This document shows, piece by piece, positions 1 to 14,947 of a DNA stretch of 64,000 bases. Under the pieces are notes generated by a model. That model was not told where the DNA came from, searched no databases, and saw only the letters and a program-made list of their open reading frames with translations. The DNA lies in the NCBI RefSeq assembly GCF_006345805.1, contig NC_042997.1:148180001-148244000 (forward strand). Direction: 5' to 3'. The position numbers were made by a program, and so were the translations under genes. Each line of letters begins with the position of its first letter. The stretch's first letter is position 1. The stretch comes from Octopus sinensis. Lineage: Eukaryota.

Positions 1-143
1 CTTAGCAGTTCAGCAAAAAAAAATACCGATTGTATAAGTACTAGTCTTACAAAGCCCTGGGATCGATTTGTTCGACTAAAGACGGTGCTCCAGCATGACC
101 GCAGTCAGAATAACTGAAGCACATACAAGAATAAAAGAATAAA
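1..143 (+). mobile_element. 3' half of a tRNA/CORE-like SINE (window starts inside it)
   Basis: Reverse complement aligns by eye with 37168-37310 (gactgcggccattctggagcaccgcctttagtcgagcaaatcga...). Ends in an A-rich aagaataaaagaataaa tail. Confidence 0.6.
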
Positions 144-959
144 GGTAATAAGAAATATGTACTGAGAATTTATTGTTCTAAAACATGGGTTTTCGATTAT
201 GCATATGCATGTATTTGGCTGTATATGTGTGTTTGTGTGGATCTTTAAACGTGTATGTTGTTGTTGGTCCTAAGTTCATTGCTGGACCTAGGTCTTGAGT
301 CTGGCGATCGATAAGAATAAAAGTGAGCATCACCAAAAATTTGAGGATAATATAGCTACAACGATAACATCAAACAGGAAACTGTTTTGTTTTACAGGTT
401 TTGCTGCAGTTTCTAGCATACCAAACGACTACGCACAAGTCTCATCTGTAGACATATCTTTTATTTTGAATTGTCTTGATTCTTATATACATTTTAAAGC
501 ATGATTGTGTATACGAACGCCTCTGTCTAATTACACATACACTTTTTTGTGATTGGATATCATGTGATGGTGTATATGTATGCCTATAATTATCAATATA
601 TTCATATTTCATTTTATATATATTGTTGAGCTTAATATTTTTATATGCTTGAATATGATATATTCGTGGTTTGTTTTTTTCTTTTGATATTTTTTGCACA
701 AGTTTCTGTATGTATGAGTGTTTCATTTCATGTTCATAATTTCGATTTTCTATGATTATGTACGTCAGTGTGTATGTGTGCATAAATTCGATTATGTATA
801 TCATTAGATATGTTTGCGTATGTAACAGTGTGTTGCTGCATATGCAGTAGTTTTCTTCAATAATTTACGTATCACTGCACTATTTACCTTTCTCTTATTC
901 AGAACATACGAACTAAAACATTTTATTGTAAATGCAATGCAAGCATGGCTCTCTCTTTC

Positions 960-990
960 TCTCATATACATACATACATACATACATACA

Positions 991-1021
<31 letters not shown>

Positions 1022-1320
1022 GTATGTAAATATACATGTATGTATGTGTGTATATATATATGTGTGTGTGTATATTTATATATAACATATATATTTATAT
1101 GTGTATACACATACAGACACATACACATATATTTATATAAACACATGTATACATACGGATATATATATATGCATGCATATATAAATGTATATATATCTAT
1201 ATATATATATATTTATACATACACACATATATATATGTCTGTGTATATATTTATATATACACATATACATGCATATATATGTGTATATATATCTATATGT
1301 ATGTATATATATATATATGC
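960..1320. repeat. Compound (TACA)n/(TA)n/(TG)n microsatellite tract
   Basis: Pure (TACA)n at ~965-1020, followed by mixed TA/TG/CA repeats. Confidence 0.9.
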
Positions 1321-2529
1321 TCGAATATAACTATCCATCGATGTATATGTACACAGCTGGTAGCTACATAGAAGTCAAACGTTTTAGTTAAAGGATGAGA
1401 TAACATTTTTAAGTAGTAACCAAAAGATGTCTGCAATTAATTGATACAGTTTACCAGTTTGCATAATGGTGTACTTCAACTGTTCGCATACACAAGCACA
1501 AGCGTCAGTTAGCATGTCCTGTGTGTGTTTATCGGCATATTAAATCATATGTGAGCATGCATCTTTCTTACATAATGATGTACGCAATTTGAGACCACAT
1601 ACGGATAAATGACGCGTAAGAATCGGCATATACATGTGTGTATAAATCTTAACATACACGAACATTTACATATATATATATATATGTGTGTGTGTGTGTA
1701 TGTGTGTATGTATGTTTATATGCCATGAGTGTATTCGTCGTTTTTTTTGTCTCTATTCTTTCGATAATAGGTTACCACCAACACGCACAATTACACATAC
1801 ATATTTTTACTTTGTTCATCATTATAACGAAGGGTATTCGTTTGTTACAAATACCGTAGCTATGCAGTGTAACAACGGCTGATGTTTCGTAATTGATTTG
1901 AAAGTCAAAATATATGGAAGCCAAATACAATTACGATGTGATTTAAAAAAAAAAAAAAACCTAAGCGAAAAAAAAAATCGCTAAATTTTCAAAAACGTAA
2001 GATGAACGATTAAGTTTATTTGAGATTTTTTCTCTTTTCGTTTACAACATAACTACATTGTTTGATGAAACGAAGGAAACCGGTATCATAGTTTGATAAA
2101 AATGTAAATAAAAAATTAAGAGTAGATATATCATACTGAAGTGATTACCAAATTTATGCATCTAATAATTGATGAATATCGGATTTGCATTGTGACGTGT
2201 GTAGTGTGACAACAACGACAGTAACGCACATATAAAAATATGCTTATAGGATTATGTTCTAACTTAAATATGTAGATACATGCTTTTATATATTTATGAA
2301 GGTAGTTTGAATACACGCAAAAATACACACATAAAACACGAGTTCAGATGTCAGCATATGAACACAGGGTACATCAGCAATTTGACTACAGAACATTTCA
2401 GAAACATAAGTGACCCAAACTTTAAATAAATAGCCCTTCGCTTTTTTTTCAGACGCAATATAGAAGTTTCGAATCCATCGCAGACGAAGAAAAGATATCT
2501 CGTTCACGTCGTCTTAACCACCAACTAGT

Positions 2530-2850
2530 GATTCTGGGATTGCAAACTTCATAAATGCCGTCATTTCAGAACAAAGAAAAATGTGTTCTTGAGATTTCGC
2601 TTGCGCTCAGCAAGTCCAGGGCAACGAGAATATACTAGGATATCGGCACGTTAATGGAGACCATAGCCAATCATCTAAATGTGCCGGCGCCAAAATCTTA
2701 TTTTATGAGCAGAGCGCAGTTCGTGTCACATGAGACCAGGGGAAATTCTCTGATCCTGTCGAAGCGCTGGCTGAACTAACTCAAACACCTCGAAGATCAA
2801 AGTGTCTGGCTTGCTGTTGTTCTTCTCAGATGAAAATCTTTGTTACTAAA
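2530..2850 (+). pseudogene. Degenerate Tc1/mariner (maT/DD37D-like) transposase remnant
   Basis: From 2654 reads METIANHLNVPAPKSYFMSRAQFVSHETRGNSLILSKRWLN*LKH, then after a frameshift GLLLFFSDEN. This resembles the KSY..RGQFMS..TR..RL.RSK.LLNKLKH...FFSDEK segment that carries the first catalytic Asp in this group. Recognised from memory, not searched. Confidence 0.5.
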
Positions 2851-5800
2851 TCCCTCTCTCTGCCTTGTTACACAGCCTAACAATTCCAAAAGTTGGTAAC
2901 GACCTGCACGTGGCATTGTCCTACCTTCTTTGGAAGAGGAGATAATTCAATAACTTAATAATTGATCATTTATGTTAGTTGTTATACTTTTATTCATCTT
3001 CCCTGTTCAAATACATGACACTAGCCACTCTGAAAAATCTCTCCATCTCTCTTGGCTTAATTTTGTGTTATTTATGCAAAGTTACCTGTATCATTAATAC
3101 TTTTAATTCTTTTTTGTATATATCTGAAAGAAAATTATTGTGATCAATATGATTACCCAAAAACCCTTAAATGTAGCACATATAAATGTCGCACGTATTG
3201 TGAGAGGAAAGTGAAGAATGAAAATTAAGGTCTAAGATCTAATTTTTAACTCTTGAAGCATCTCATATCAGAATATCATGTTTATTTTAAACCATGTAGT
3301 GTAGTCTATTATTCCATCTGTTTATCGCGTCTGTTAACACATGAGATTTATACTATAATAACATTATACTATACTGAATGGTATGAATTATGCAATATTG
3401 CAATTTTCCACATTCTGCAAGGTAATAAACAATGAGTGTTTGATTTCACAGTCAAACTGAAACTTACATAAATGTGTATAACCTACTCTCTAACGATATG
3501 AAGACAATGTGTATGATCAGATGTTTATACAACCTAAAAATATACATTTCTAGGATTGGAAGTAACCATTCAATGTAAACCATAATATATGTAACAATAT
3601 GGACAAGTTAAACATTTTCAGATGTGTAAAATAAAACAACAAAAATTATCAACTCTGTATATTGCATAACAAACATGAAATGTTATGTGACATAACTTAC
3701 TGAGTGAATCATAAGACTTGTTTGAAACAAACTGCGAATTATCGAATATCCAAAATATCTAACAATGAATAATCAATTTTGAAATACACTACACTACATA
3801 TGCTCATGTATTGCACATGAAAATGCATTATCATATTTCTGGGCAAAAATTACAAAACAAAAGAAATACTGGTTAACTAGATGCATAACATACTTTAAAA
3901 TATGAGGCATTATTAGATTTATGTCAACTTATAATGTTTAGGTCACTTTATGAATTATGAAAATGGAAAACATATCGGAAGGAAACTGATCAGATGTGTA
4001 TTTAACTTACAATGTGAAACATCAGATGTGTAAGAAGATTTTGTATGAAAATCATTAAATATTTTACTTGCCTATGTACATTATCAGACATATAATATAC
4101 ATCACAACGCATGAATCAGATCTATCTAATTCAAAATAATTCTCAAGTAGGTCTCCGTATAGGTGAAAAGAGATTCTTACCTTATAAAATATGAAGACAC
4201 AAACCAGAACGTTCCACCCTAAAAACTACTGAATATAGAAACGAATCTCTTTATTAGATCTCTCGGTCTTAAATGAAATATATACAATCATTCTTTTCAT
4301 TCACCTTTTTCCCTGTCGTATTCTAGTCAACACGCAATCAACGTTTCCATTAATAAATTGGAAAGCACATATGTCTGAAGGAATTCGAGATTTTACGAAT
4401 AAATCATCAATGCCTTGAAAAGAATAGCCACTTTATCAATTTTATTTCCAATAGTAGGGCAACAAACATTCTTCCTCTAGATGCAACCAGAAGCATTTGA
4501 AAACCGCCCATTACAAAAGCCCTCTTGCGATTAGATATGACGATGCTTTCATCCACTAGTAAACTATCGTATGCTGCTTTCCCTAACAATCTCATTGCTA
4601 GACAATAATGTATGCAGATATTTTCACTTATTAAAGAAGCATTTATGATAAATAATGAAATCAGTTAAAAGTTAATAACTATTTTCTACTTACTAATCTA
4701 ATTTTGAAAAACAAATTAATCTCACGAATGAAATACTTCTCATTTAAGTATTTATCGGTTTGGTCTCTATAGTCATCTCTTCATCTCCGTGGTTTCTCTT
4801 TTGTTTACATGTTCTACTTTTTGTAGGAATGAGTTTATTTAGTATATCTTTGGCGTAGAGATAGCTTTCATCAATGATTATTATGTAAATCATTTTTACA
4901 CATACAGTTAAAAACCTTCACATTTTGTCCAGTGATTATCTGAACGTATTATTACTCACACAATAACGTGCAAAGTAAAAATATCACAAATTTGCGACTT
5001 TTCAAAACTTCCCAAGAAATTGACTTAGCTTTCATTATCTGCTGGAAAAGCTATACATTGTTAAAGATAAAGTTCTTGTAGCGCCCATCAATAGAAGTGA
5101 AATTTAAACACAATGAAATCTTATTTGAAACAATTAAACCTTGATACTTCCCGACCGTCAATCTCGATTCATTAAACCATAACGACTTGTCGCTTTAAAT
5201 AGTGCTCTGTAAAAACACGAAATTATCTTATAGTATTATCTTCGCGAAAAAATTTTGTTACATACATTATCATGTCTCAATTGTTTGTTTTTAATCCATT
5301 AAAATTTAAATAGTGAAAATAGTTTAACATTGTTCACACAATTATAGTAATAACCGGGATGAGGTTTATTGAATAAGTACGTTTTACCAAAAACTAAAAG
5401 TTTTGATCAATAGTCTATAGCAAGCCTTATGGTCACAAACAGTGGTTACACTCATATTTTTGGCCTCAACCCCAGGCGATCATAATCTACGTTGATGCCC
5501 ACTGTTTTAAGCATATTACTATATGGAACTTCTAAATTTTAAATCAGTTTAATTTATTCTAAACCACGGCGATAAAATTTTCAGAAACATTGAGAATTTA
5601 TTGGAAAAATAATATAATGTCTGATTCTCATGAAACACAAATTCATATTTTATTCAGAGAGTATGATATAAGAGATAGACAGACGATTGTTAATGGCATC
5701 AATGCATTTATAAATTGGGTTTACAGTCGTGAGGAATAAAAACAATTAAGCATAAAAAAGAAAACAATAGTAAAATGGAAGTCCATAGCAGTCCTTAAGT

Positions 5801-7082
5801 GATAGGTGGATATCTTGCTAGTGAAGAACAAAAATGAAGGATTGTCTGAATTCGTCTCTTTTTTATCTATGATACTGCAGCGTTAATTTTCCAGATATCA
5901 ACTTAAATTACTATGCACTTTCGATTTCATGTTTATTTCCCTTCTCTTTGTGTTTAATTATATTTTGTACTCATTTCTGTATAACTAATTTTTAAATGCT
6001 TTTATTGTCTTTTGATTTATTATACCTTCTTTAGCTTAACTGCCCCATTTCCTAGAGGTATTACTTGTTTGCCTTGATTCCGTCATATTGTTTGACGTTG
6101 GTTTTTACGTATTTGTTCCGGACTGAGCACTAATTTTCTATCTATTATTTAGCTTTTGACGAATATCATGCAGAAAGAATATATTTAATGCAATACTGAA
6201 ATGATATATACAATGGTGAACTGAAAACAAATGAAACACTAGTATATTGGCTTGTTTAAGTTAGCTATAGATATGTTGGTACGCTTAAAAATTTATTACT
6301 TATACATGCACCAAAAATTTGAAATTTGCTCCGTTGAGTTATAATATCAGTTTTCATTATCATTGAATGATTCCAATATTTGCATGCTTTACCTTTGAGT
6401 ATACGCTATAAGATTTCTTTTCCAAACACGTTAGAAAAGGTGCATAAAACGGAAATCGAATGCAATAATTTCCGTTATTTTTAGTATTTTATTACGTAAT
6501 GCATGAAAGGGAAAACTAGTGCGGAAGAATTATCTTCCTTGGAATTGTATGGAACTGCACTCACTTAATGCAGGATTTACCCATAGAAAAATGCAAGTAA
6601 AAGAGACAAACGGGACTTAATATAGTTATTAGAGACATCCAATACCTGAAAACATAGCCTTGTGCTTTTTTTTTCAATGCAAGCAGGCCATTCCAGTAAA
6701 TCATTATGTGTATACATGCGCTCGCATGTGCAACATGACATGTAAAATCAAGTACAACATCACTATTCAATTCTATGTACATTCATGCTTCTATTGATTG
6801 CATCGTTATAACATTATGATTCAGATTTTGATATTTCTAAAACATTCTTTTTCGCTGGATCCAATTCTGTTATTTTCAGGTATTGCAATATAACGTATTT
6901 CATTCAATATTGCCTTCCTCTCTCTCCTTCCATTTCATTTAATCTGGCTCGGTGGAAAATAAAATAAAAACGTCCCTGCAATAAACAAGAATCGAATCAA
7001 TTAAGAGAAAAATTTTGCAACATTTACTTAAAAGGAATACATGTGAATGTTGGCTTCCAGTAATATCATTATTATTAACAAA

Positions 7083-8087
7083 CGCTGTGGACTGGCGGAA
7101 TAGTTAGAGCGTTGGACAAAATGTTTGGCGGCATTCCTTACGGCTCTGAACATTCAGAGTTCAAATCCACCGAGGCCAATTTTGCCTTTTATACTTACGT
7201 GTTGATTAATATAAGGTATTATATTTGCAGGTCGTATGCCAAAATTTGAAACAATTACAAAACGGGCAGCTAGTACAATCGTAAGTGAGGTGGACGCAAT
7301 GATTAGTGGCACTTCTTCTGGTTCTATGTTATGCGTTCAAATATTGCCGAGGTTAGCTTCGCCTTTCATCACTTCGGTGTCGATAAAATAACTGACACTT
7401 GAAAATTGCCGCGCATATAATCAACATGCTTCTACCATCTGTCAAAATTTGAAACAGTTACTATTATTACCTTCAAAGGCTGTGGACTGGAGGAAATATC
7501 ATGGCATTAAACAAAAGGTTTAGCAGAATTTCTTCCGACTCTTTACGTTATGATTTCAAATTCTGCCGGAGTCGACTTTGCCTTTTATTACTTACAATTC
7601 CATATAATAGGATCTATGTAATCGACGAACTCCATCTCCATAAAACTACTGACTATGCGCCAAAATTTGAATTAAATATTGTTATTAATTAATGATGTGG
7701 ATTGGCAAAATCGTCAGAATCAGTAAAAATGTCGAGTGGTATTTATTTTATTTACTTAAGTTTTAAGATACAAAAGCACCAGCTACTCACCTGGACTCAA
7801 AATTGCTGGACAGTGACGAAATAAGACAGAACCATCATTTATATTACTATTATTTTACTGGTCTTAAGGCGGCGAGCTGACAGATTTGTTAGCACCCAGG
7901 GTAAAATGCTTCGCAGCAATTCTTCCGTCTTTACGTTCTGAGTTCAAATTCTGCCAAAATCGACTTTTCCTTTCAGCGTCGTTAAAATAAGCGCTAGTTG
8001 AAAACTGGGGTCGATGTAATTGACTTAGCTTTCTCCCAAACTCTGCTGGCCTTGTGCCAAAAATTGAAACCATTAATGTAGTGATCC
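7083..8087 (+). mobile_element. Cluster of ~5 degenerate tandem tRNA-headed SINE copies (tail type B)
   Basis: Repeated head (GGCGAGCTGGCAGAA-like), box B (GAGTTCAAAT..C) and tail (..GCCAAAATTTGAAAC) at ~7083-7258, 7265-7462, 7477-7675, 7695-7815 and 7864-8087. The last copy is the best preserved. Confidence 0.65.
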
Positions 8088-8650
8088 TTTTACCTCCTCG
8101 GAGTCCTTTTAATTCGCAACTGTTTACCACATCTTTTTAATTTGGTAAAGGAAGCAGGATTCCATGTGATGATACGCATCTACATTATATAGGCGTGACA
8201 GCCAACAATTCTACGGCATTATACGCGCAACACAAAAATTCGAAGATAATCCGAACGACATCTCCAACAATGAGTATATCTGAACATTTTAAAAGCTTTC
8301 TCTGGATTATCGTTTCTAATTTAAGCAATTACAATCTGGTTATTTCTATTTGTTTTTGTTTTTTTAATATTTTAGTAAAATTCTTTCTTTATTAAAATAG
8401 ATTCTTCTTGAATTGATACATCGACTGTGTTACATTTCTTTTTCGTGTTGTCGTTGATTGATATATCTGACGACTCTTCTTCATCTCCTAGAGTTTGAAA
8501 AAATATGATGTATTTTCATTTTTTTCCATTATTTGTGAAGATAGAAATTGTTAGTTTGTGCTTTTCCATTTATCTCGATATTTTATAATGCTGATATAAT
8601 TTTCAATATAAGACAGCTGCAGCTTAGTTGTGCGGATGTCTGGCTGTCTG

Positions 8651-12536
<3,886 letters not shown>

Positions 12537-12758
12537 CTGACTGACGGATGTGATGTCGTTTCGGCTCCGAAGGTAATCATTTATTTTGACTATTTAAAAG
12601 TGTATATTGACAAACATTTTTTGCTTAAAAGTTGTACAACAACATCCACTGTAAACCTTTGATAAATATCAACACAAAATTTTGCCCCTTGTGGGCAAAA
12701 TTTAAAAGAAAAAATTCTCATAGCCTTCGTGGTTTCATTTAGCCATTTTATTTCCAAA

Positions 12759-14905
12759 ATGGCCACTGGCCACCACGAGGCTGAGTTGCAAGTGAAGCGT
12801 GACGCAGAAACAGAAAAACAGGATGCCCTGTTAGCATACGCCGAACCTGACAACTCCACCACCACCAACAGCAACAAATACAAAACAAAGGTCGCAAGGC
12901 CAAGCACCGTCAACACCATCAGTGAGTCCACCACCACCACCAACACCATGGCAGAATCTGCTACTAAAACTGCTATCCCTACTAAAGATATCGCCACCAA
13001 TAACATCACCATCACCGTCACCAAAGACCGTGCTGTCAATGCTACTAATACTACCAACACCACCGCCGTCACCAAGAACGACAATAACAACAACAACAAC
13101 GACGACGACAACAACAATTCCCTTCAACCACTGCTCACTCCATCACCAACAAGTGAAAAAATAACGACGACAAGCAAACGAAATGTCGAATTTTGCCCTA
13201 GTGCAGGACTAAAGTACGCAGGCAATTTTCCACCCCTTCCTACTTGCACGATCGAACCTAACACACCAATTTTACAAACTGCAGCCAACAACAACATCAC
13301 CACAAGCAACAACAATAACAAAACAACAACAAATTTCGCTGAGGCGATTAAAGAAAAAAAACAACAATATACTTTACGGCTCAACAATTACAGGACACGA
13401 ACATCAAAATAACAGAATCAGAAGGTATCGTAAAAATTAACATACCAGAAGATATTTTGGAAAATGAAAAAAGACGAACAATCATTTATAAAATAGTTAA
13501 CAAAAAAACAAAAATCCCAGAGAAGGCCAACACAGGCAAAATAGAGAAGTGCTTGAAACCCATCTGGGATCACAAAGAATATGTAACCTGGTGGAACAAA
13601 TTTGCCCACATACAAGTCGTTTTCTACACCGAAGAGTTAGCTAGACATTTCTCAACGCTAACTCTTCACTCAGATGAACTCCAACTTACACCAAGCTATC
13701 GGGGACAGAAAGTGACTAAGATCACTCTAAACAATGTCCCCAAAATAGCCAATAGTCTATGGCTTGTAAAGGCTTTATGCGTAAAAATGGCGAATTATAC
13801 TATTTTGGAAACCACAGTCACAGAGCATAAAAACTGGGTGGGAAAGAAAATAGAATTTCTTCTACATATACATCATGAAGATATAAAAAAAATACCCACC
13901 CAGATATGTGTATCAGACGACCACAAGTTATATGTGGTCGTCGATGGCAGAAGACCACGTTGTTACATATGCGGCAGTGAGCAACATCTCAAAAAAGACT
14001 GCAAATCTGCCGCAAGAAAACAACAGCAACAACAACAGCAGCCGGAAACAAAAACAAATAAACAAGGTTTACTACCCACACCACTTTTTGCAGGAACAAA
14101 CCTCACCAAACAAACAACCACACCAACTGCAGCACCAAGAACAGAAGCAGCATCACCAACAACAACAACCAAGAATATACCAACTCCCAAACCAAGGACA
14201 TCTGCCAAAAAGACACCCAGCATAAATGAAGAAACAATTACAACTCCAAATCCCCACAAAATTGACACCCTAAACAACACAACAATACCCACAATCACTC
14301 AAACACAAAATACCCAAACCCCACATCCAAAACCGCATACACCACAACCAAACGCTCACCAACCAACACCAACAACAAAACCAACACAGTCGACAATAGA
14401 CCCCAATACTTTCCCTCTTCCAGACTCCGATTCGTCTGATCTGTCATTAGACGAAGAAGACACGGAAGATTGGCAAATAGCCACAGGGGGGAGAAGAAAA
14501 AGGGGAAAAAAAAGAAAAGAAAAAATAACAAACAAAGCGGGAAGATACACCACTCCCGAAACAAAAACATCCACAGAAAACACACACATCAACACAAACA
14601 CACCATCATCAAACCCCCCAAAAATGTTGACAGCCATAAACACAAACAACCACGACCTAATGGAACACATTAGGTCAAACACTAACATTACTGAAAACGA
14701 CATAAAAACAAGTAACCACCCACACACAACACCACCACAACACATTAAAATAATACACGTGACACAGAACACATACAGCACCCTGAAATCTCTTTACCCT
14801 GATGCAGTAGGGAGATTTCAAAAGTACTCATCAAAAAAACTGTACAAAAGCCTCATAGAAGAAGACCGTGAGGTGAAAGACAAAGAACTTTCGAAAGACA
14901 AGTAA
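12759..14905 (+). CDS. ORF1 (gag-like RNA-binding protein, ~715 aa once a 1-nt frameshift at the A-run 13354-13361 is repaired)
   Basis: ATG at 12759 (MATGHHE...). The -1 frame is open from 13352 and joins the 13457-14905 ORF. Zinc knuckle CYICGSEQHLKKDC at 13961-14002, acidic patch DSDSSDLSLDEEDTEDW, basic NLS-like RRKRGKKRKEK. The copy at 25651 has 9 A's and reads through in frame. Confidence 0.8.
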
Positions 14906-14947
14906 CCTTTTCTCTCTCCTTTTCCTTTTTTGCACTTTTATCGGAAC

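Noticed and set aside
804-1391. ORFs rich in Y/I/C/V/H/T here and at 40915-43037, 48294-48681, 54888-55286, 58934-59493 and 63005-63894
   Set aside because: Translations of (TA)n, (TG)n, (CA)n and (TACA)n microsatellites.
4420-4500. NSRATNILPLDATRSI, superficially like the tyrosine-phosphatase motif NRY.NILPYD.TRV
   Set aside because: The key residues differ, a stop follows immediately, and there are no supporting splice sites.
12537-12790. HDV-like ribozyme at the element 5' end (as in R2 and some RTE elements)
   Set aside because: I could not find the nested double-pseudoknot pairing; only simple hairpins are supported.
14906-14947. Pyrimidine tract between the ORFs as a splice acceptor, paired with donor-like GTAATC/GTAAGT in the 5' UTRs
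   Set aside because: No AG occurs before the ORF2 ATG, and the spacer is not conserved in lineage B.
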